Assembly: GCA_049968335.1 (NCBI GenBank)
Contig: JBMFQZ010000013.1
Coordinates: 15,965 to 79,964 of the forward strand
From: Verrucomicrobiia bacterium
Lineage (GTDB): Bacteria > Verrucomicrobiota > Verrucomicrobiia > Limisphaerales > JAKPVM01
Reading direction: 5' to 3'
DNA length: 64,000 bases
Shown here: piece after piece, positions 1 to 7,706 of the stretch
How positions within the stretch are numbered: position 1 is the stretch's first letter
How the letters are laid out: each line of letters opens with the position of its first letter
The notes under the pieces: model-generated
Databases searched by the model: none
The model's input: only the letters and a program-made list of their open reading frames with translations
Told to the model about the DNA's origin: nothing
Program-made: the position numbers and the translations under genes

Positions 1-159
1 CACAACGCGCTTCGCCCCGGTTCAAACGGCGGCGGGTCTAACTTTGCCTTTTTCGACGGCAGCGCCCGCTACCTCCGTTGTTGGGGCTCAGTGATCCCGA
101 TCAATATGTGGGCAGTAACCGACCAGTGGCGAACAAACACCGTCGCAGTTCCAAAATAG
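1..159 (+). CDS. 3' end of a gene truncated by the window edge; the C-terminal tail resembles DUF1559 / prepilin-type (type II secretion pseudopilin-like) proteins
   Basis: Frame 1 reads HNALRPGSNGGGSNFAFFDGSARYLRCWGSVIPINMWAVTDQWRTNTVAVPK, then TAG at 157-159. An H...N.xFxDGS.R motif close to the C-terminus is the signature of that family. Confidence 0.4.
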   Translation, partial: HNALRPGSNGGGSNFAFFDGSARYLRCWGSVIPINMWAVTDQWRTNTVAVPK

Positions 160-167
160 TTCACACT

Positions 168-208
168 AATCTCCGCGTCCCGATTATTCTCTCCGCTTTT
201 CAATAAAA
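168..208. repeat. Direct repeat copy 1 flanking htpX (two TCTCCGC cores plus TTCAATAAA)
   Basis: AATCTCCGCGTCCCGATTATTCTCTCCGCTTTTCAATAAAA. It aligns with 1292-1328 apart from a 3-nt and a 1-nt indel and about 3 substitutions. Confidence 0.6.
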
Positions 209-273
209 TAATACACTGAATTCAATGCGCAAGGTTCGCGTTTCTATCTTTACCTATCTGAATGTAAATAAAA

Positions 274-1194
274 TTACATTCCTCTTTTCAAACGCTCAAT
301 TCTCTCTTCAAGCGGCGGGTGCGTTGCGAATAACCGGAGAAAACCGCTCTGTTTGCCAGAAATTTTAAATGACTGAAACGCCGCATCATTGCCAGTTGCT
401 GGCTGAGCCTCCAGATTTTTCTCATAAAACCTCCGCAACGCTTCAAGGGCGTTGATCATATTGTAACGCCCGGCAAGTTCAGCGCCGCCAGCGTCCGCCC
501 TAAATTCGCGCCAGCGCGAAAACCAGCAAACAACTATTGCTCCGAACAAAGAAAACACAAACTGGAACAACATAACAAAAAGAAAATAAGCCAGCCCGCC
601 GCCGCGATCATCATCCGAGCGACTCATCGCGCGCGTTACCACAAACGCAACCACCCGAGCTAAAAACATCACAAACGCGTTAATTACACCTTGAATTAAA
701 GTCATCGTAACCATATCGCCGTTTGTGATATGCGACACCTCGTGCGCAATTACCCCTTCAATCTCATCCCGCCGCAAATTCTGCAACAACCCGGTTGAAA
801 CCGCCACAAGCGACCGCGACCGCGTCGGCCCAGTGGCAAAGGCATTGATTTCGTCGCTCTCATAAATCCCGACCTCAGGCATCGTTTCAAGCCCAGCCTT
901 TCTGGCTGTTGAATGGACTATCTGGACAAGTTCCCGCAGCGCCGGGTCTCTGACATCTGGCGGTATAACGTGAACCCCCATCATCCACTTTGCCATTATC
1001 CGTGAAAGCGCAAGCGAGATAAACGCCCCTGCCATACCCCAGATAAGGCAGACAACAAGCAGCGACGAATACATCCCTTGCGGCAATTTGTTTTGTATGC
1101 CTAGCAGACCGAGCACAAGCCCGATCGTTGTCACCACAAGGATGTTTACCAATATGAAAAGCAATACTCGTTTCGCAATGTTGAATGTCTTCAT
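274..1194 (-). CDS. htpX: Zinc metalloprotease HtpX (peptidase family M48)
   Basis: 306 aa with hydrophobic N-terminal and central segments, an HExxH motif (IAHEVSHITNGDM) and a C-terminal FATHPPLEERI, all typical of HtpX. Confidence 0.9.
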   Translation of the reverse strand: MKTFNIAKRVLLFILVNILVVTTIGLVLGLLGIQNKLPQGMYSSLLVVCLIWGMAGAFISLALSRIMAKWMMGVHVIPPDVRDPALRELVQIVHSTARKAGLETMPEVGIYESDEINAFATGPTRSRSLVAVSTGLLQNLRRDEIEGVIAHEVSHITNGDMVTMTLIQGVINAFVMFLARVVAFVVTRAMSRSDDDRGGGLAYFLFVMLFQFVFSLFGAIVVCWFSRWREFRADAGGAELAGRYNMINALEALRRFYEKNLEAQPATGNDAAFQSFKISGKQSGFLRLFATHPPLEERIERLKRGM

Positions 1195-1291
1195 AATCTT
1201 CTATCTTAAAAATATAATAATAAAAAATGCGTTATGAATGGCGAATTGTCAACTCAATCCAAGCCATCCCCGCCGCCGATTGCTGTCGCAA

Positions 1292-1328
1292 AATCTCCGC
1301 CAGATTATCTCTCCGCTATTCAATAAAT
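1292..1328. repeat. Direct repeat copy 2 flanking htpX; overlaps the stop codon of the 513-aa gene
   Basis: AATCTCCGCCAGATTATCTCTCCGCTATTCAATAAAT, in the same orientation as the copy at 168-208. Confidence 0.6.
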
Positions 1329-2861
1329 CTTATAACTGGCTCGGGGCAAAACCTTCACGGCTTTAGACTCCGCTTTCTCCTTGTTTGAAATTTGCGCATC
1401 TCCGCTGATTGATTCGCCAATTTTGCTGCCAGATATTTCAAGCGCCCGATAAAAAATAGCATTCTCATTCTGATAAGTTATCGGAATAATCGCAGAACCG
1501 GTATTTGTAATTGTTATCTCGGCTACTACAGCCCAGTTTTGAGACAGACCTAAAACTGTTGTTGATTGAATCTGATACGTAGCATTATTTGCCCCGTAAA
1601 GAATCAAACGCCTTCCCCCATCTCCGCTCAATGTCGCTTCAAGAACCGGTTGCGCTCCGACTATGATAATCTTTCCAACAAGCGCGTAAGTATTCGCCAC
1701 ATACTGTCCATTTGTCTTGCTTGCCTGAATGCCGGAAATTACGGGAACTATAATCGTTGACGGCAAACCAGAGCCTACAAGAAAGTTAACCGCCGCAATG
1801 TTTTTCACCTCGCCATTTAAATTAAGCCCTGGCTTTAGAGGCAATTTCACTATCCAGTTGCCGTTTTGCGTAGCTATTGTCGCTGCGGCATCGTCAATCA
1901 ACGGCGAGAGAGAACCGAGCGCAGGGTTCATCAACATCCCCTGCGGCAATTGAACTGTAACCTGCAAGTTCGTCACCGGCGCAGTGGTTTCAACTGAAAT
2001 CTGGATACTGCCATTTTGGCCGGACCTGACAATCGCCTGACTTAACTCCACGGTAACCTGTTCATATCCTGTGCCAACCGTTAAACCGCTGACGGTTGCG
2101 ACTGAAAAGCCGTTTGTAAAATCAAGCGCAAACTCCTGAACAACCGAATCGCCATCTCCTAAAACCGAGACAACAAATTGTTGCTCACCCTCCGGCGAAA
2201 AATTGCCGCCCGTTATCGCAAATAACTCGCCAAGATTAAACACAACATTATTGCTCGGGCATCCATCTCCAGCAACCGCTGCCAGCGGATAGGCGGCGTT
2301 TGTGTGTAAAAGCGTCAGAACCCTTCCCATCGCGTTTGTCCCGGGAATATTCACAACCAGCAGTCTTGAATCAAGCAGAAAACTATTCGTTTTCGCAGTC
2401 CTCACCGAAAGCAGTCCGTTCTGCGGATAAACAAGCGTCTGCCCGTTCGTCATTCTGGAAATAATGTTGAAATAGTAAGTCGTGTCCGGTTTGCAGTTCA
2501 ACACACGAACTATGTAATATCCGGACTGTTCTATTCTCTGGCGAATCTGCGTTTTTGATTCTCTTCTAAAATAGGCATTAGCCGCCGAAGGAGAACCTGT
2601 ATGCAGCGGAAAATATTCTATCCCCACCTCGCCTTGAAGATTTGCGCTCCCATTTTGATCGGCGTAAACATTTATCCCCGGCGCAGACTGCGGCGCCCGC
2701 CAGATAACCGTAAACATAGATGGGGTTACATTCGCCACAACCACATTTGTGATTGATTCCCCCCAAGCCGGCGCAATTGACCAGACCAGCATCATACTGC
2801 CAATCGCGGCTCTCATCATTCTATTTACCGGCCGTTTCATTATTTCTAAAATCGTTCGCAT
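1320..2861 (-). CDS. Secreted hypothetical protein (FN3-like N-terminal module, beta-sandwich modules, C-terminal 'YQIQS...W...FYRA' module)
   Basis: 513-aa ORF with a signal-peptide-like N-terminus (MMLVWSIAPAWG). It begins 14 nt after the upstream rhodanese-like gene. VANVTPSMFTVIWRAP resembles an FN3 first strand. No catalytic motif was seen. Confidence 0.6.
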   Translation of the reverse strand: MRTILEIMKRPVNRMMRAAIGSMMLVWSIAPAWGESITNVVVANVTPSMFTVIWRAPQSAPGINVYADQNGSANLQGEVGIEYFPLHTGSPSAANAYFRRESKTQIRQRIEQSGYYIVRVLNCKPDTTYYFNIISRMTNGQTLVYPQNGLLSVRTAKTNSFLLDSRLLVVNIPGTNAMGRVLTLLHTNAAYPLAAVAGDGCPSNNVVFNLGELFAITGGNFSPEGEQQFVVSVLGDGDSVVQEFALDFTNGFSVATVSGLTVGTGYEQVTVELSQAIVRSGQNGSIQISVETTAPVTNLQVTVQLPQGMLMNPALGSLSPLIDDAAATIATQNGNWIVKLPLKPGLNLNGEVKNIAAVNFLVGSGLPSTIIVPVISGIQASKTNGQYVANTYALVGKIIIVGAQPVLEATLSGDGGRRLILYGANNATYQIQSTTVLGLSQNWAVVAEITITNTGSAIIPITYQNENAIFYRALEISGSKIGESISGDAQISNKEKAESKAVKVLPRASYKIY

Positions 2862-2875
2862 AGACTTTGCAATGG

Positions 2876-3667
2876 TTAATTGTTTTTGTCTGATTTCACA
2901 GGCGCTGTGAAGGTTGTTCCAGTCCGTTGCAACCCGGCTTTCCCCTGCCGTTCAAGTATCTTTTCGCCCCCGGCAAGGATTACAAACCGGCTTATTCCAT
3001 TTGCCTTCAAAGTCCTTGCCATCTCCTGAGCCTTGCCGTCCCCATTGTCCACAATCACAAATAACGGCGTGTATTGCGCGGCTGAAAGCGATTTTTTATT
3101 TATCCCAGAAGCAAACGGCGATTTGACTATCTTTGCCTTTGGAAATTCAGATTGCAAATCGGTCAACGCCGGCGCTTGTTGTTTCCCCGCAAGCGACTTG
3201 TTTTCAACAACAGCCGTTCGCAAATCCACAATCACAGTGTCCGCGCTCTGCAACTTCTTCAGCGCGTCATAAGTTATATACGGCATCTCTTCCCTCGTCG
3301 CCCCGGATTGCTTCGTTGTCGTCCCGATAAATGTTTCCCACGCGGCAAAACCCCCTTCAAGTATCTCGGCTTGAACCTGATTTTTCTTTTTTAAACCATC
3401 TATCGCAGCCGCAGATTTGTTCTCATGCAAACCCTCGTCATAGACTACGACGAGTTTTGCCCCGGGCAACCGTTTCTGGTCGCATATCGCAAGCGGTATA
3501 TTTATAGCGCCGGGAATATGCCCCTTTTGATATAAATCCGTTGGACGAACATCAACAATCGTTACATCCTCGCCAGCGTCAATTTTCTTCTTCAACTCCG
3601 CCGGCGTCATCCCGTTGACATCCAGCAGAATCATTCCAATTAAAAATATTCCAGTTACTTTTTTCAT
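2876..3667 (-). CDS. Secreted tandem rhodanese-homology-domain protein, predicted catalytically inactive
   Basis: 263 aa with a signal peptide. There are two rhodanese-like units (TIVDVRPTDLYQKGHIPGAINIP... and TVIVDLRT...). The positions where the active-site Cys follows the beta strand read LVVVYDEG and LFVIVDNGDG, so Asp replaces Cys in both. Confidence 0.7.
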   Translation of the reverse strand: MKKVTGIFLIGMILLDVNGMTPAELKKKIDAGEDVTIVDVRPTDLYQKGHIPGAINIPLAICDQKRLPGAKLVVVYDEGLHENKSAAAIDGLKKKNQVQAEILEGGFAAWETFIGTTTKQSGATREEMPYITYDALKKLQSADTVIVDLRTAVVENKSLAGKQQAPALTDLQSEFPKAKIVKSPFASGINKKSLSAAQYTPLFVIVDNGDGKAQEMARTLKANGISRFVILAGGEKILERQGKAGLQRTGTTFTAPVKSDKNN

Positions 3668-3673
3668 ATAGTT

Positions 3674-6600
3674 TTATTGAGGTTTAAAGTTTGAAACAGG
3701 ATTTGCCATTTCAATCAACAACACTGCCGCGTTCGGTATTGTAAAATCATTTCCCGAAATTGCGTTGTTCACAACCCGCGCTACAAGCCATTGTCCAGAG
3801 TCCGAATTAAGCATCCTGACCGCGCGCGCGTTTTGCAGCCCGAGCTGTTGTAACAATTTGTATGCCGAATAATTGTTTGGAAAACCTGCATAACTGAGCG
3901 CGTTCACTCCAGCAGGGAGATTGATTGAGGTTGCGTCATTCGCACCAAGGTCAAGAACCGCCTTTGAATCAAACCTCAACCACAACCACATCCCGGCAGT
4001 AAGGTCAAAATTATCTCCGCTTGGCGCCCCGTTTATCCATCTCACTCTCTTTGTCTCCACCTGCGGCAACAACGATGTGTAAACCGTTATCTCATCTATA
4101 TTCGCCGCGCTATGCCACATTGATAACAACGTAAAGGCGTTGCTCGCAAGATTTGCAATCGTCTCCGTCACTACAACAGCGTTCTGATTTTCAAACACCG
4201 CCTGCAACGATGGCAACTTTGCCGTTTTTACAACCGAAAGATTATTCTGGCTTTCAGACCACGCAACAACGCCGTTTCCAATCGATGGCGACGACTTCTT
4301 GCTAATCGTTCGAGTAACAGGTATAACCCGGCGGCTCGGGGCGTGAATCAATCGCAGGTTTGAATTCTCAATCCCGAAAGAATATTCCTCGCAAACAACC
4401 CACTCGCCTTCAATCCTGGGACGAGCCTCATCCTCGCTCGTCTCTGTAAGACGAATCTCTTTTCCGCGCAACAGGTCGTAGCCATAAATATCAACCTCTC
4501 CGTTGCGGTTGTCCTGCCAGACAATCCAATTGTTATATATCGTCGGCTTGTATTGACCAAAAATATTCGTGGTTATCCTTATCAGATTTCCAGTCTCAAG
4601 GTTTTTATAATATATCTCGCCATAACCCGGGTCTCTGAAGTCCTGCCAGACAACCTGTCCGGTGTGAACATCCGGATCAAGTTCATCCTGCGTGGAGGGC
4701 GCAACAGTGAAATATTGTCCGCTCAACAAATTGACTGCCCGCAATTGATACGGCGCTCCGGGCGTAAGAATATTCTTTTCCTGATAAACAACCCACGGCC
4801 AGTCAATCGCCGGATTTATCTCATCAACATCGGGCGTTGAGGTCAATCTTCGCGGCGGTTCGCTTAAAACAAGGTTTTTGAAATAGATATCAAACGAACC
4901 ATTCGGCAAACGTCCCTGCCAGACAACATAACGACCGTCTGTCTTTGGATTTTGTTGATTCAAAGTTCCTTCAGAAACGCGAACGGGCTGCTGATTGACG
5001 CCGTTTAAATCAAGCGCGTAAATCTGCCATGAACCATCGCTCTGGTCTTCCCATACAATCCAACCGCCTCTGGCAAATGCCCTGCCCGGCATACGTTCGG
5101 ACGCCACTGTCTCTTTTGTCTCGCCGGTAAACTCCTCTATCTGGATGAGTCGTGTTATAAAATTTGTCCTCCCAAGTCCATCATACAGAGTGATCCTTGC
5201 AGTATACCAGCCCGGCGGCGCCGTCAAGTTGTTATCCTTTTTACCATCCCATTCAAACGCAATCAAACCGCTCCCGATATTTGTATAAGAAAAAGTCCGC
5301 GTCCTTTCCAACAGGCTTAAATCATATCCGTAAAGCGGATTCACCACCCATGATATCGTGGTCGGCGAGTTGGTCGGTTGCCATTCTCCATTGATCCGTC
5401 CTATTGCGGCAACGGTATTTTGTCCAGAAACAAGATCGGTTAAAACAATCGGTTGACCAATATCTGTCTCCGCCCTGTAATAGCCACTGTTGATTGTCCA
5501 CCTATATTTATCAATGCTCGCTCCAGAAACCGCTAATTGCGCTGTTGCAGAACGCGACGGCGTCGTTATATTTCCAGATAGCTTTGTCACCGGCGCCCCG
5601 CTATCAACAATCCAACTCACTACAACAGCGTTGGACTCCGGTTGATAATCTCCCTGTCGCGCCCGTCCAAGCAAATATAAACTATGCCCGCCCTGCGCAA
5701 GATTTGTCAAAACAAGCTGCGCCTGCGCAGGCAATTCTACGCTCCATCCGCCGCCGTCAAGCCTGTACTTGTAATAATCCACATAATCTCCGCCAATATA
5801 AAATGTCCACTCAGTTGAACGAGTCGGCGATGAGGGTAAATTTGAAACAGTCAAAAAACCTATAACACCGGAAAATATCTCAACATTCGCATTCACCGGA
5901 GCAGGATTTGGCGACGCGCTGAAGAGAATAGACGCCTTGCCCGGTCTCAACGATACAGCGTCTCCAGAGATCACCAGAGACTTTGACGGCTGTTGAATAT
6001 CCGCAAAATTCAAATCCCCCGTTGCGCCAACAACCACAACCGCGGTTTTATCGCTCTCTCGGTTCTGGCTGGTGTCAATCGCGTAATATTTTATCAAATA
6101 TTCTCCCGGGTTGCGCAGTTTAAACGGCAGAGCCGGAATGAACGGCGAGTTCGTTATACTGTAATACATACTCACCGGGCTCTGGTCTTCGCTGATAAAG
6201 TAAATCTGGGTCTCCGGAGTTACATAATATTTGTTATCCGATTCATAAACAGGTCCGGCAAATTTGATCATTGTTGAAGGCGGCGTGGTGTCGTTCCCGG
6301 TTGAACCATACGTGATTGTGTAGCTGTAATTTCCAAGGTCAACAAGGTCAAGTATGTTCAAAAAATCCAACCTCACGTTGTTTACTTTCGTATATCGGGT
6401 ATTTCTCCAGTAATTATTTGTGTTCAAGATTTTTCCGTCGCTTCTGACAATGCTTGCAATAGGCAGTTTGCCCTGCGCAGGGTCGTTTGCCCTCATATAT
6501 CCCCAGCCGGCAATTTCAGCATTCAGGTTCAACGTCAATGTCGCGCCCGCCCCAGCCTCGCCCGCAAGCGTAAAATTAGTCAGCGTGTTAACAGGCAAAA

Positions 6601-7687
6601 TGTTGCCGTTGTTCTCATAAATCGCGTCCGGCAACATATTTTCATCGCGGTCGGTATCCGCGAGAAAATCTTTTATATTATCGCGTCCAGGCAAATCCAC
6701 GAGCACTTCATGAAGGATAAAATGAGCCTGCAACGATTTGATTATAGAGGTTTCTTCCCCGCCAAGTTCAGACGCATGAGTATAAGAGGCTTTAAATTCC
6801 ACAAACTCGCCCGAGAGCGAAGTTATCATATCCCACGCCCCTTTGCGCGCATCGCCCGGCGGTATATCGCCAAGATTTACAAGCAGCGACGCGCTGCGCG
6901 GCGAATCCTGAACTCTCGCCCCGAGCAATTGCGCAATCAACAGCAGACTCTGTTTGTTCTCAACAATCTTTGGCTGTTGCGAATTTATCTTCACGCTCCG
7001 CGCCATTCCGTAACCGGCGTTTTTTACAATGACACCAAGCGTGAACGGTATCGGGCTCTCAATCTCAGGAGTAAACGGGTCGTCCCCTTGAACATCTCGC
7101 GGCTGGAAATAAGTTATTTCAAGCAATGGCTCCGGTTTCACCGTTATTGTATCCGGGATCGCGAACAATACATCAGACGGAATCGGCGCCCCGCGAATCT
7201 TTCCCGAGAGATTGCATCCAACGCGATAGACGACGCCGTTCGCATTAGTGCCGCCGGCTGAAGGTTTGGGAATAATAAACCATTTAACAACCGCCTTGCG
7301 CGTCGGTCCAATTATGCCAGCGCCATTTATATCATTGATATTCTCCAGTTCAGGAGCCCGCACAAAAAACAATGACGACGCGTCGGCAAGCCCGGGCGCT
7401 GTCGCCGTCGCAGGCCTCTCAAACGTCAGTGATGCCGAAAAGTCGGTAATCGGGTCTTCCCCATCGTTATTCACAACTTCAAGCGTCGCTTCAAACCCAA
7501 TCCGTTCAATCGTCAATTCCTGCAATATCTCTATTTTTATCCTTGTGCATAATCCCTGAAATTGTTGTTGTCCAAAAACAAAACCGGACTGTAAAACCAG
7601 CATCAGCAACGCCAGCGCAACGCGGCATTTAATTGAATAGTGTTTCATAACCTTTTTAAAAGTGTTAAATTTTATTAATTTCTTCAT
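3674..7687 (-). CDS. Large secreted protein: CARDB-like beta-sandwich modules, Ig-like modules and a TolB/PD40-like beta-propeller
   Basis: 1,337-aa ORF that begins 19 nt after the giant gene stop. Signal peptide ALALLMLVLQSGFVFG. Modules resemble PFTLGVIVKNAGYGMARSVKI. Repeated blades carry the WIVWEDQ / YVVWQGR / WVVYQEK / QVVWQDF / WIVWQDNRNGEVDIYGYDL pattern. Confidence 0.6.
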   Translation of the reverse strand: MKKLIKFNTFKKVMKHYSIKCRVALALLMLVLQSGFVFGQQQFQGLCTRIKIEILQELTIERIGFEATLEVVNNDGEDPITDFSASLTFERPATATAPGLADASSLFFVRAPELENINDINGAGIIGPTRKAVVKWFIIPKPSAGGTNANGVVYRVGCNLSGKIRGAPIPSDVLFAIPDTITVKPEPLLEITYFQPRDVQGDDPFTPEIESPIPFTLGVIVKNAGYGMARSVKINSQQPKIVENKQSLLLIAQLLGARVQDSPRSASLLVNLGDIPPGDARKGAWDMITSLSGEFVEFKASYTHASELGGEETSIIKSLQAHFILHEVLVDLPGRDNIKDFLADTDRDENMLPDAIYENNGNILPVNTLTNFTLAGEAGAGATLTLNLNAEIAGWGYMRANDPAQGKLPIASIVRSDGKILNTNNYWRNTRYTKVNNVRLDFLNILDLVDLGNYSYTITYGSTGNDTTPPSTMIKFAGPVYESDNKYYVTPETQIYFISEDQSPVSMYYSITNSPFIPALPFKLRNPGEYLIKYYAIDTSQNRESDKTAVVVVGATGDLNFADIQQPSKSLVISGDAVSLRPGKASILFSASPNPAPVNANVEIFSGVIGFLTVSNLPSSPTRSTEWTFYIGGDYVDYYKYRLDGGGWSVELPAQAQLVLTNLAQGGHSLYLLGRARQGDYQPESNAVVVSWIVDSGAPVTKLSGNITTPSRSATAQLAVSGASIDKYRWTINSGYYRAETDIGQPIVLTDLVSGQNTVAAIGRINGEWQPTNSPTTISWVVNPLYGYDLSLLERTRTFSYTNIGSGLIAFEWDGKKDNNLTAPPGWYTARITLYDGLGRTNFITRLIQIEEFTGETKETVASERMPGRAFARGGWIVWEDQSDGSWQIYALDLNGVNQQPVRVSEGTLNQQNPKTDGRYVVWQGRLPNGSFDIYFKNLVLSEPPRRLTSTPDVDEINPAIDWPWVVYQEKNILTPGAPYQLRAVNLLSGQYFTVAPSTQDELDPDVHTGQVVWQDFRDPGYGEIYYKNLETGNLIRITTNIFGQYKPTIYNNWIVWQDNRNGEVDIYGYDLLRGKEIRLTETSEDEARPRIEGEWVVCEEYSFGIENSNLRLIHAPSRRVIPVTRTISKKSSPSIGNGVVAWSESQNNLSVVKTAKLPSLQAVFENQNAVVVTETIANLASNAFTLLSMWHSAANIDEITVYTSLLPQVETKRVRWINGAPSGDNFDLTAGMWLWLRFDSKAVLDLGANDATSINLPAGVNALSYAGFPNNYSAYKLLQQLGLQNARAVRMLNSDSGQWLVARVVNNAISGNDFTIPNAAVLLIEMANPVSNFKPQ
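4250..5090 (-). other. Beta-propeller region (6-7 'VWQD...DIY' blades) of the 1,337-aa protein
   Basis: Periodic W-[IV]-V-W-[QE]-D motifs about 45-55 aa apart. Coordinates are approximate. Confidence 0.55.
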
Positions 7688-7706
7688 CGTCCAGCGGTTT
7701 AAATTT

